Positions 8,480 through 17,175 of a stretch of DNA of 32,000 bases are shown here, one piece after another. A model generated the notes under the pieces. That model did no database searches. It was given only the letters and a program-made list of their open reading frames with translations, and was not told where the DNA came from. Each line of letters opens with the position of its first letter. Position 1 is the stretch's first letter. The DNA is from Halalkalibacterium halodurans (GTDB lineage Bacteria > Bacillota > Bacilli > Bacillales > Bacillaceae_D). The stretch spans positions 30,001 through 62,000 of the forward strand of contig NZ_SNUY01000007.1 of NCBI RefSeq assembly GCF_004376175.1. Reading direction: 5' to 3'. Position numbers and translations under genes: made by a program.

Positions 8480-10939
8480 ATGAAACGTTATCTCATCATC
8501 TTGACAATTATCGTCATCGCCATCGTCCTTTGGTTTATCACGAATAACGATGAAGAAATTGAACAGGAGCCTCCAGAAACACCGCCGGAAGAAGAGCCAA
8601 TCGATGGAGTGGCCGCCCTATGGTCATTTGACGAAGGTTCTGGCCACACGACCGTTGAATCTCGCTCCGAACAAGAACATGACATTCATTATGTTTTTAA
8701 CGAAGCCGTTGATAAACCGAATAGTGAGCCTCTTTGGAGAAACGGGATTTCGGGACACGCGCTACTGTTTGACGGCTATTCCACATGGATATCAGCTGAT
8801 GCCTCTACCCTTGACCTTCCCGAAGGTTCCTTGACACTAGAAGCTTGGGTCGCTCCTCGTGCCTTTGAATGGGGAAACGACGACAAGCTTTCTTCCATCG
8901 TGAGTTTTCATGATAAAGAAGAGAAACAAGGCTTCCAACTAGGGGTGTTTCGTCACGGAACGTGGTCATTCCAATTTGGGACAGGCAAGGAATGGTTTGA
9001 AGTATGGGCAGAGGAAGAATTTAGCCTTCCGCACAACGAATGGTCCCATATCGTCGCTGTACTGTCTATGGAAACGAACGAGGTCGTCCTATATCGTAAT
9101 GGTGAGCGGGCAGGCCATTTAGTCATTCCGCCTGAGGTAACGATCGAATTCCCAGATGAAGAGCTTCGAATTGGTAAAAACAATGCCCCCGCAAACATTA
9201 GCGACACATTCGATGCGAGTATGTTTAATGGCCTGATTGATGAGGTTGCGGTATATGAAACGGCGCTGGATCAACCGATAGTCGAGGAGCGTTTCAGCGA
9301 ATATGCTGCTGAGGGGCTCCCTGACCCTAGCGAGGAACTTGCTTGGGATCGCAGCCGGTATGAAGGGGATCGTCACCGGCCACAGTACCATTTCACCGCT
9401 CCAGAGCACTGGATGAACGAGCCTCATGCTCCGCTCTATTTTAATGGTCAATACCATTTATTCTATCAATTCAACCCAGCGGGACCTTATTGGGGGAACA
9501 TTCATTGGGGACATGCAGTGAGTGACGATCTGATTCACTGGCAAGACTTGCCGATCGCCTTAGCGCCGGAAGCCGATCAAGTGGATCCCGATGGCTCTTG
9601 GTCTGGGGACAGCGTGATTGATGAGGACGGTAACCCTGTTTTATTGTTTACGGCAGGGAACGACAGCATGACACCTAATCAAATGATCGGCTTAGCCAGA
9701 AGTACGTATTTAGAAGAACAAGACCATGAGTTAATCCATTGGATGAAACACCCAGAGCCTGTTGTCATGCAAGAAGAATTTGAGACCGATCGAGGGGTGG
9801 TATGGCATGGGCAGTTTCGTGATCCATTCGTGTTCAGATCTGGAGATCAATGGGTTCAGCTCGTTGGCTCTGGCATCAAAGACGGAGATGAGCCTGTCGG
9901 TGGCACCGCCCTCGTATACACATCAGATGATTTGGTGCATTGGGAATATCAACATCCGCTCATGATTGGCGATGTCCATGCCTATCCAGAAACGGGTCAT
10001 GTGTGGGAGCTCCCTGTTATGCTACCCATTGGTGAAGACGAGCAGGGAGACGAAAAGCATGTATTCCTCATCAACCCTTGGTTTGATGGCGAGAGCGAGC
10101 ATGCGGTGAAATATGTTTGGTACTGGATTGGCTCGTGGGATGAAGACACTTCTCAATTTATACCTGATCAAGAAGAGCCGCAGCTGTTAGATGTTGGCGA
10201 GCATTTCACAGGACCGAGCGGCATGGTAGATGAAGAAGGGCGATCGATCCTATTTTCGATTACGCAAGATAAACGAACAGAGGAAAGTCGTTATCAGGCA
10301 GGCTGGGCTCATAATGCCGGTCTCCCTCTCGTCCTATCCTTGCGTGACGGTCACCGTTTAGGAGTAGAGCCAATCCCTGAAGTGGAACAATTACGTGAGG
10401 AGCGGTTGTTTTCTCTCGAAGGTCCTACTTCAATTGAGGAAGCGAATCATCAATTGGAAGGGATTCGTGGAGACATGTTGGAAATCGAATTGACCCTCGA
10501 CAGAAAAGACGCGCACAAAGCAGGAATTTACGTTCGTCAATCACCAGATCGGGAGGAAGAAACGTTACTTTTTTACGATTTTGCCGAACAGACATTAAAT
10601 GTGGACCGAGAACGTTCTAGTTTATCAGACGAGGTAGAAAAAGGCATTCAAGGAGGTCATGTTGAGATCGATGGCGACCTTTTAAGGCTACGTATTTTTC
10701 TTGACCGCTCCATGGTTGAGGCTTATGTTAATAGCGTAAACAGCTTAACCACTCGCGTCTATCCGACGAAAAAAGACGCGCTCTCCTTAGAGCTATTTTC
10801 TGAAGGAGAAGCCGAAGTAAAGTCGATGCACGTATGGCGACTAAGTAGTGCTTTTAATACTCGATCTAAAGAAAAGTCTGACCCCCATGCCCATATGACG
10901 GCAGGCGAGGTCAGACTTTTATATTGCACGAAGATTTAG
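8480..10939 (+). CDS. Membrane-anchored LamG-domain GH32 fructanase or fructotransferase (Glu-nucleophile, endo-inulinase-like motif spelling)
   Basis: N-terminal TM anchor (YLIILTIIVIAIVLWFI) and an acidic Pro-rich linker. A LamG/ConA-like domain follows (LLFDGYSTWI...LTLEAWVAPRAF...LYRNG...FNGLIDEVAVYETAL). The GH32 motifs are RPQYHF, HWMNEPHAP (Glu codon 9419-9421), FRDPFVF and VWELPVML. The C-terminal GH32 beta-sandwich reads LRIFLDRSMVEAYVN. It occupies the levB-like position downstream of sacB. Confidence 0.88.
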   Translation: MKRYLIILTIIVIAIVLWFITNNDEEIEQEPPETPPEEEPIDGVAALWSFDEGSGHTTVESRSEQEHDIHYVFNEAVDKPNSEPLWRNGISGHALLFDGYSTWISADASTLDLPEGSLTLEAWVAPRAFEWGNDDKLSSIVSFHDKEEKQGFQLGVFRHGTWSFQFGTGKEWFEVWAEEEFSLPHNEWSHIVAVLSMETNEVVLYRNGERAGHLVIPPEVTIEFPDEELRIGKNNAPANISDTFDASMFNGLIDEVAVYETALDQPIVEERFSEYAAEGLPDPSEELAWDRSRYEGDRHRPQYHFTAPEHWMNEPHAPLYFNGQYHLFYQFNPAGPYWGNIHWGHAVSDDLIHWQDLPIALAPEADQVDPDGSWSGDSVIDEDGNPVLLFTAGNDSMTPNQMIGLARSTYLEEQDHELIHWMKHPEPVVMQEEFETDRGVVWHGQFRDPFVFRSGDQWVQLVGSGIKDGDEPVGGTALVYTSDDLVHWEYQHPLMIGDVHAYPETGHVWELPVMLPIGEDEQGDEKHVFLINPWFDGESEHAVKYVWYWIGSWDEDTSQFIPDQEEPQLLDVGEHFTGPSGMVDEEGRSILFSITQDKRTEESRYQAGWAHNAGLPLVLSLRDGHRLGVEPIPEVEQLREERLFSLEGPTSIEEANHQLEGIRGDMLEIELTLDRKDAHKAGIYVRQSPDREEETLLFYDFAEQTLNVDRERSSLSDEVEKGIQGGHVEIDGDLLRLRIFLDRSMVEAYVNSVNSLTTRVYPTKKDALSLELFSEGEAEVKSMHVWRLSSAFNTRSKEKSDPHAHMTAGEVRLLYCTKI
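10872..10920. terminator. Bidirectional intrinsic terminator shared by the two convergent fructan gene blocks
   Basis: AAAAGTCTGACC-(25 nt)-GGTCAGACTTTT forms a 12-bp stem including A/T tracts, followed by atatt. Read on the minus strand it is followed by TTTTCTTT. It lies inside the last ~70 nt of ORF 8480..10939 and 57 nt beyond the stop of the convergent giant gene. Confidence 0.65.
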
Positions 10940-10976
10940 AGGATGTACAAAAATCCGAGGAAACATAGATACGAAT

Positions 10977-13900
10977 CTATTCGTTACATTCCCGTGCCTT
11001 GCTCTTCTTCCCCTTCTTATCTTTCTTTGCCTTTTTTGAACATTCACTTCTGTTCAATTGGACGGGGACATGGAAATCATCCACGTTGATATGACCCCAA
11101 CCACCGGTCGCATGATCCACGATTAAAATATAACTTTCAGTACCTATATAATCAGAAGCATCCCAGTGCACCCTGTAATAAGCTTCATTGTTTCCTCCTG
11201 TTGCTTTTTTCAACATTTTTCCGTCCGATTCCCGAACGAGAGCGACATAGAGATCATATATATTGTCTCCTCCTGAAACTAAAAAGTTGATCTGGCCGTT
11301 CCCACCAAGCGTGAAAGTCTCGGAACGCATCGCCCCCGTTTGTGAATCATCGCCTGTCGTTAAGCTCCACAGGTGGTAGGTTCCTACATGATTAAATGGC
11401 CCTCCCCACCCCCAATCGGTTCGATCCGTCACATCATCAGGACTGAACGCATCACCGTAAAGGATCGTCCAACCTTCCAGCCCCTTTTCAAAGCTAGGAT
11501 TTGTAAGGTTACCAGTTGGAGGAGGATCGACGACAACAATATCAGTACTAGCTTCATGCCCTCCATCCCTCGTTTTTGCCGTAATCGAAACAGACCCTGA
11601 TGCATGAGCTGTTACTCGCCCGTTCGTAACAGTCGCCACCGAAGGATCACTTGAGGTCCAAATGACATCCTTATTGGTTGCTTGCTGCGGGGAAACAATA
11701 GGTGTGACGTATTGTTCGGTTCCCGCCATCATCTCCTCTTTTTCACGGTTCAACTCAAGACCTGTGACCGATACGTCTTGATAGGCCGAATTCATTTCCC
11801 ACACCTTCATAGACTTCACGATGACGGAATCTTCATGGTCATTGGCCCACAACTGGACACCCGTTGCGTCTGGCCTTGTCGGATAGGCTCTCGTTGTAAT
11901 GTTTTGCAGACCGTTCAAGTACGCTTCAATCATCGAGCGGTCGAGGAAGACCCTCATGTTCATCTGCTCTCCGCCAAGATCAACCTGACCTCCTTGATAC
12001 CATCCTTCCAAGTCACGATTCAAGCTCGAGCTTGTGCGATCAACCCAAAACTCCTTCGCGCTTTTTTTATAATAAAGGATCGTTTCCTCTTCCCCGTCAG
12101 GCGTCCTCCTGACACTTAGACCGGCCTCATTCGCTTGCCCGTGATCGAGCTCTAGCTCAATTTCGAGCATATCTCCTTGAATTTGAGAAAGAATCTCGTT
12201 CGCTTCAGCAAATGGCGTATCTTCCGTTATTTCTACTAATAGATCGCCTCGAAGCGATTCCACTTCCTCAATTGGTTCCATCCCGAGACGATTATCGTCA
12301 CGGAGGTAGACATGAATCGGTAGACCAAAATTGTGAGCATAACCTGAATCATAATCAATTAACGCCGTTCGCCTTCCTTGGGCAATGCTATAAATAACCG
12401 TTCGCCCATCTGGTGTGACAAAGCCTGCTGGTCCTGTAAAATGATCACCAAAATCAAGTAATTTCGGCTCTTCATCGTCTGGAATGAACCTTGCCTTTTC
12501 CTTATCCCATGTTCCGATCCAATACCACGTATAGCGAGATTGGAATTGCTCTTCTTCCATTTTCGCTGGGTTAATAAGCAAAATATGCTTTCCGCTATCC
12601 CCTAGTGGTAGAAAGATCGGTAGCTCCCACACACGTCCAGTCTTCGGGTATTTTTCGAAATCGCCAACGTATAAGTATCCGCGGTACTCCCACTCTTCAA
12701 AGCTCGAATCCTCAGTCGAATAGACAAGCGCCGTTCCCCCTACTGGGTCGCCCTGTTCGGTTTCCACTCCTGACGTAATGAGCATGAACCACGTATCGCC
12801 ATCTTTAAACAGAAACGGATCACGAAACTCTCCTAAAATGCCTTGACCAGGCTCTTGGTCTAAAAGAACCTCAGGATGCTTTTCCCAGCGATTTAAATCG
12901 AGGTCACCATCTTTGACAAACGTGCTTCGTGCAATGTTAATCCTCTGATTCGGCGTACGACGGTCATCACCCGCGGTATAAAAGATGACTGGGTTTCCAT
13001 CATCATCAATGACCGCATCTCCGGCCCATGCTCCATCTGGATCTACATCGTGCCTCCCTGGAATGACAGCATCACGGGCATCTCGCCAATGAATCATATC
13101 ATCACTTACTAAATGCCCCCAGCGAATATGGTTCCAGTAAGGGCCACGAGGGTTGCTCTGATAAAACACGTGGTATTGTCCATTAAAATAAAACGGACCA
13201 CCCGGCTCATTTTGCCAGTGAACAGGCGGAGCTGCATGATATTGCGGACGGTGCGGATCATTTGCCAAAATACTACGATCGATGCGCATATTAGGGGTCG
13301 GCAAGTTCCCACCGACTTGGTCGAGATACCGCTCATATTCTTGTTGAACCTCCTCAGGAGATAGAGCCCGACCTCTTAGCTTCACCTCATCTAAAAGGCC
13401 GCTAAACATGTTGAGCGTGAAGCCGTACAACCACATTCCTTGGTTGTTCTTAGCGATTTTTAACGGCGTTGCGCTCGGCTTAATCAACGTCCCTTTCGGA
13501 AAATCACGCGAGGCTACCTTTTCTCCATTTAAATAAAGAACTACTTCCCCTGTCGAGCTTCGATAAGTAGCTGTAATGTACGACCATTCTTCAAGCGGAA
13601 GGACAACATCTGACATCACTTCAAACCAATCATCGCCTGTCCCAAACTGCAAGCCCCACGTGCCGTGACGGTAATGCCCGAAAATGAAGCCCTCCTTCTT
13701 CTCTCGATCATGCTGGTTCATAATCGCAGACAAACGTCCCTCATCCCCGTGCTCGAAATTTCTTGGTGCCACCCAAGCCTCAAGCGTGATCTCGTCTTCA
13801 GGAACGGGGATATGATGAGGCGGACTCTCGATCCATGTGGAGTAACCGTCAAACAACAGCGTCCCGTTTTCAATCCCATCATTTCTCCACATCGGATCAC

Positions 13901-16900
13901 GCGGTGGTTGATACTTCCCTTCATTTAAAAAATAATGGATTCGCTGCTTTCTTCCGGTTACTTGCTCTTTCGTATGTTTTCCTTCTTGTTCATCAAAGGA
14001 CCAATGCCCGAGCAACTCCCGCGAAAATGTGGAGTTATATACATTGAAATCATCCACGTTAATGTGACCCCAAGGCCCTGTCGCATCATCTACAATCTTG
14101 ATGTACACTTCCTCGCCTACATAGGCCGACGCATCCCAGAATACCCGTTGATATGTCTCTGAATTACGCCCGGTCGCTCTAAATAATTCTTCCCCATCGG
14201 CTACCCGAACGAGAGCGACATAGAGGTTTTCAATGTCATCACCCCCACCGATTAAAAAGTCGATCCCGCCGTTCCCGCTTAACACAAACGGACTTGAGTG
14301 CAATTCTCCCGTTGCTTCGTCTCCAGCTGCTTTAAATCCCCAAAGATGATAGTCACCCGCTTGATCAAATGTGCCGCCATCGCTCCAATGCGTGTCTCGC
14401 ACTAGGCTTTCCGGACCGTAGGCATCACCACTAACAACCTCCCAGCCGCGAATCCGATCAGGATGAAGAGCGGTATACTCAAAATCATGGTTGAAAATAC
14501 CTGGCTCCACATTTCCATGCAATGAAGCGGTCGGCGGAACGTTGACATCGTCTAGGTTCAGGTGCCCTTCTGTCGACTGATCGACAATTTCAATGTAATA
14601 CACGTCGTCCACATAAGCAGAGACATCCCAATGAACCCGGCGGTATGTGTCATTGCCGTGCCCCGTCTCTTTCATCACAACCTCCCCATCCTCGGCTCGA
14701 ACGAGGGCTACGTATAAGTTTTCAATGTCTTCATCTCCACCGATCAGAAAATCGATCTGCCCATCTCCCCCTAATGTAAACGTTTGGGAGCGCATCACAC
14801 CGACCTTGGAATCATCACCTCTTCCACCCCATATGTGCCACAGATTATTTTGCTTAAACGGCTGTTTGTTCCAATAATCAGCTTCGTCGGTAACCGCTCC
14901 ATCGCTAAAGGCGTCTCCACGAACAACCGTCCAGCCCGTTAAATCACCTGTTTCAAAGCTAGGATTCTCCATTTCATAGGGTCCTTCTTTTTTTTCTTGA
15001 TTGAACACTTGAATATCATCAAGATTGATATGGCCGAACCCGCCAGAATGCCTATCGACCACTTTTAAAAACATCGCTTCACCTAAATAATCAGAAGCGT
15101 CCCAGGTCACCTGTTGATATCGCTCATCATTGTGACCGGTTGCCCGGAACAATTCTTTTCCATCGGACGCCCTAACTAAAGCGACGTAGAGCCGCTCTTC
15201 ATCTTCTCCACCGCCTATGCGAAAACGAATCGTTCCATCTCCGCCTAGCTTAAATAAGCTAGAGGTCATCATCCCTGCACGAACATCCGCCCGTTCTTCG
15301 TTCGCACCAGCAAATCCCCACAAATGGTAGCTGCCTTGATGACCAAAACGACCACCCCAGTACTCCTTCTGGTCCGTAATGACTCCTTCAAAGGCGCTTC
15401 CAAATGTCGTCCAGCCCGTGAGATCCCCCGTTTCAAAATCTGGATTTTCAATGTCATTCGGGAGCTCTGCTACGTTGATTTCACTCGGATCAATCCCGAA
15501 ACTACGCTTAAATTCCTGCGGATAACTTGGGATGAATTCTGCCTGAGATAAAGGATAGATTTCGAGATTTTTCACATAAATTTCGCCTTCATCGCCAAAC
15601 AATTCGACTCCCAAGCTGTCATGATCGGGAAAAATTTGCTCGGTAAACACAACCTCGCCCTCATTGAAAAACACTTCAACCGAGGACCGGTCAACCAATA
15701 AGTGAACTTTGACCGTTTCTTCTTCATGGAAAGGAGCCAGATGCTTTGCAGCAAAGTCTGGATGGAAGTGGACCTCGCCTGATTGTGTTCGATCCACATA
15801 CACATTGTTTTCCGTTCGATCGATGCCAACAGCTGTCCATTCCCCCTCACCTTTTCTAACATGAAATCCTAGTTCGTTCGCCGTTGTTTTCGTCCAATCG
15901 ATTTCAGCGATGATTTCGAGCGTGTCCCCTTCAGCCTCAGCAAGGAGCTCATTGGAACTAGAAACGCTCTGATCAGACCAACTTCGCTTTTTCCCGCGAA
16001 GGCTTTGAAGTTCTTTAACAGGAGTTTGTGTTAACACAAGTTCGTCGTCTACTTCCTTTAATGATAGCTCCCTTGGGACGGTCATTGCACTCCGCCAAGG
16101 ATCGGTTGGAGTCTCTCCACCATAATGAGGGGTGCTCATCCAGCCAAGTAACAGTAGACGATCGTCTGGGGCATTGCTCCACGTCACCCCTGCATACATG
16201 TCGGGCCCAAAGTCGAGCCAGCGTATTTCCTCTTCATCCGGGGTAAAATGCGCACCGTCAAAATCGCCGATAAAATAGCCCATCCCTTGGCTCCCCGTTG
16301 GACCGTTGGCTACACTTGTGATCAGTACCCATTTATGCTCGTTTCCTTGTTTGTTTACTGGGAGTTTTATAAGGTCCGTACATTCCCAAATCCCAAGGTC
16401 CCCATTGATTTCTGGCGTCTCAAATCGGCCTTCCTTCGTCCATTCCCTTAGATCAGGAGAAGAATAGAAATCGGCTTGCTTCCCCGTGGCAATGACCATC
16501 CGCCATTCATTTGATTCCTCATGCCAAAACACCTTCGGATCGCGGAAAACACCGTCACCTCCGTTGCTTACTTTTGCTTCGTCGGGCATCTCAATGACAG
16601 GATTTCCTTCGTACGTTTCCCACGTCCGTCCTTTATCATTGCTGTAGGCGAGACCCACCGTTTGATGGTCCTGACCAAACTCATACGTGAAAATCGCAAC
16701 TAAAACCGGCGTTTCACCTGATTGAAAGCCGCTCGTATTTTTCTCATCAACGACGGCACTTCCAGACCAAATAAAGCCATGTTCATCAGGGTATAACGCA
16801 ATCGGTTGGTGCTCCCAGTTGACGAGGTCGGTACTGATCGCATGCCCCCAATACATCGGTCCCCATACCGTTTCTGTCGGATTATGCTGGTAAAATAAGT

Positions 16901-17120
16901 GGTACTCTCCATCAAGGTACACCATTCCATTCGGGTCGTTCATCCAGTTTTGTTCAGGTGTAAAATGAAATTGGGGCCGGTATTTTTCATCATAATAATC
17001 CAAAGAACCGCTCCCTTCTGCTTCCACATCCCCACTTGCACGAACATCTAACAACGGTTGGCTTAACATCAATAAAATCAGCAACACAATCAACCATCGA
17101 TTAGGTGAACCTCTTTTCAT
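10977..17120 (-). CDS. Giant secreted multidomain fructanase with two GH32 catalytic domains (exo-type plus LamG-linked Glu-nucleophile type), four copies of an unassigned ~150-aa module, Big_2 and a Lys-rich tail
   Basis: The start is moved from the track's 17174 to the ATG at 17120 (AAGGAGA 9 nt upstream), giving the signal peptide MKRGSPNRWLIVLLILLMLSQPLLDVRA.

Domain map on the minus strand:
- GH32 #1 plus beta-sandwich, ~16990-15546 (WMNDPNG 16946-16926, FRDPKVF, WECTDL).
- Modules M1-M3, 15449-14034.
- LamG, ~14015-13325.
- GH32 #2 plus beta-sandwich, ~13260-11780 (HWQNEPGGP with Glu codon 13208-13206, FRDPFLF, VWELPIFL).
- Big_2, ~11775-11530 (IWTSSDPSVATVTNGRVTAHASGSVSITA).
- Module M4, 11503-11061.
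- Tail SECSKKAKKDKKGKKSKARECNE. Confidence 0.9.
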   Translation of the reverse strand: MKRGSPNRWLIVLLILLMLSQPLLDVRASGDVEAEGSGSLDYYDEKYRPQFHFTPEQNWMNDPNGMVYLDGEYHLFYQHNPTETVWGPMYWGHAISTDLVNWEHQPIALYPDEHGFIWSGSAVVDEKNTSGFQSGETPVLVAIFTYEFGQDHQTVGLAYSNDKGRTWETYEGNPVIEMPDEAKVSNGGDGVFRDPKVFWHEESNEWRMVIATGKQADFYSSPDLREWTKEGRFETPEINGDLGIWECTDLIKLPVNKQGNEHKWVLITSVANGPTGSQGMGYFIGDFDGAHFTPDEEEIRWLDFGPDMYAGVTWSNAPDDRLLLLGWMSTPHYGGETPTDPWRSAMTVPRELSLKEVDDELVLTQTPVKELQSLRGKKRSWSDQSVSSSNELLAEAEGDTLEIIAEIDWTKTTANELGFHVRKGEGEWTAVGIDRTENNVYVDRTQSGEVHFHPDFAAKHLAPFHEEETVKVHLLVDRSSVEVFFNEGEVVFTEQIFPDHDSLGVELFGDEGEIYVKNLEIYPLSQAEFIPSYPQEFKRSFGIDPSEINVAELPNDIENPDFETGDLTGWTTFGSAFEGVITDQKEYWGGRFGHQGSYHLWGFAGANEERADVRAGMMTSSLFKLGGDGTIRFRIGGGEDEERLYVALVRASDGKELFRATGHNDERYQQVTWDASDYLGEAMFLKVVDRHSGGFGHINLDDIQVFNQEKKEGPYEMENPSFETGDLTGWTVVRGDAFSDGAVTDEADYWNKQPFKQNNLWHIWGGRGDDSKVGVMRSQTFTLGGDGQIDFLIGGDEDIENLYVALVRAEDGEVVMKETGHGNDTYRRVHWDVSAYVDDVYYIEIVDQSTEGHLNLDDVNVPPTASLHGNVEPGIFNHDFEYTALHPDRIRGWEVVSGDAYGPESLVRDTHWSDGGTFDQAGDYHLWGFKAAGDEATGELHSSPFVLSGNGGIDFLIGGGDDIENLYVALVRVADGEELFRATGRNSETYQRVFWDASAYVGEEVYIKIVDDATGPWGHINVDDFNVYNSTFSRELLGHWSFDEQEGKHTKEQVTGRKQRIHYFLNEGKYQPPRDPMWRNDGIENGTLLFDGYSTWIESPPHHIPVPEDEITLEAWVAPRNFEHGDEGRLSAIMNQHDREKKEGFIFGHYRHGTWGLQFGTGDDWFEVMSDVVLPLEEWSYITATYRSSTGEVVLYLNGEKVASRDFPKGTLIKPSATPLKIAKNNQGMWLYGFTLNMFSGLLDEVKLRGRALSPEEVQQEYERYLDQVGGNLPTPNMRIDRSILANDPHRPQYHAAPPVHWQNEPGGPFYFNGQYHVFYQSNPRGPYWNHIRWGHLVSDDMIHWRDARDAVIPGRHDVDPDGAWAGDAVIDDDGNPVIFYTAGDDRRTPNQRINIARSTFVKDGDLDLNRWEKHPEVLLDQEPGQGILGEFRDPFLFKDGDTWFMLITSGVETEQGDPVGGTALVYSTEDSSFEEWEYRGYLYVGDFEKYPKTGRVWELPIFLPLGDSGKHILLINPAKMEEEQFQSRYTWYWIGTWDKEKARFIPDDEEPKLLDFGDHFTGPAGFVTPDGRTVIYSIAQGRRTALIDYDSGYAHNFGLPIHVYLRDDNRLGMEPIEEVESLRGDLLVEITEDTPFAEANEILSQIQGDMLEIELELDHGQANEAGLSVRRTPDGEEETILYYKKSAKEFWVDRTSSSLNRDLEGWYQGGQVDLGGEQMNMRVFLDRSMIEAYLNGLQNITTRAYPTRPDATGVQLWANDHEDSVIVKSMKVWEMNSAYQDVSVTGLELNREKEEMMAGTEQYVTPIVSPQQATNKDVIWTSSDPSVATVTNGRVTAHASGSVSITAKTRDGGHEASTDIVVVDPPPTGNLTNPSFEKGLEGWTILYGDAFSPDDVTDRTDWGWGGPFNHVGTYHLWSLTTGDDSQTGAMRSETFTLGGNGQINFLVSGGDNIYDLYVALVRESDGKMLKKATGGNNEAYYRVHWDASDYIGTESYILIVDHATGGWGHINVDDFHVPVQLNRSECSKKAKKDKKGKKSKARECNE
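11061..11503 (-). repeat. Intragenic module copy M4 (C-terminal, after Big_2)
   Basis: TNPSFEKGLEGWT...YHLWS...FTLGGNGQINFLVSGGDNIYDLYVALVRESDGKML.KATGGNNEAYYRVHWDASDYIGT...IVDHATGGWGHINVDDFHVP. Confidence 0.7.
14034..14495 (-). repeat. Intragenic module copy M3
   Basis: FNHDFEY...IRGWEVV...YHLWGF...FVLSGNGGIDFLIGGGDDIENLYVALVRVADGEELFRATGRNSETYQRVFWDASAYVGE...IVDDATGPWGHINVDDFNVYN. Confidence 0.7.
14535..14969 (-). repeat. Intragenic module copy M2
   Basis: ENPSFETGDLTGWT...WHIWGG...FTLGGDGQIDFLIGGDEDIENLYVALVRAEDGE...TGHGNDTYRRVHWDVSAYVDD...IVDQSTEGHLNLDDVNVP. Confidence 0.7.
14999..15449 (-). repeat. Intragenic module copy M1 (~150 aa, putative carbohydrate-binding beta-sandwich, family unassigned)
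   Basis: ENPDFETGDLTGWT...YHLWG...FKLGGDGTIRFRIGGGEDEERLYVALVR..DGKELF.ATGHNDERYQQVTWDASDYLGE...VVD...GGFGHINLDDIQVFN. Confidence 0.7.
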
Positions 17121-17175
17121 TAAAATCCATCTCCTTTTATAGGGTAGTAAAACAGGACAAAGGATAAAACCCACC

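Noticed and set aside
11061-15449. Repetitive DNA that could be mistaken for a CRISPR-like or tandem-repeat array
   Set aside because: The repeats are about 450 nt long, diverged, in frame, and encode the four protein modules. There is no short repeat-spacer periodicity.
11373-16703. Many 60-145-aa ORFs on the + strand inside the giant gene (for example 11682..12119, 13113..13364, 14647..14877)
   Set aside because: These are shadow ORFs opposite a continuous 6.1-kb frame with strong domain homology. They have skewed composition and no ribosome-binding sites.
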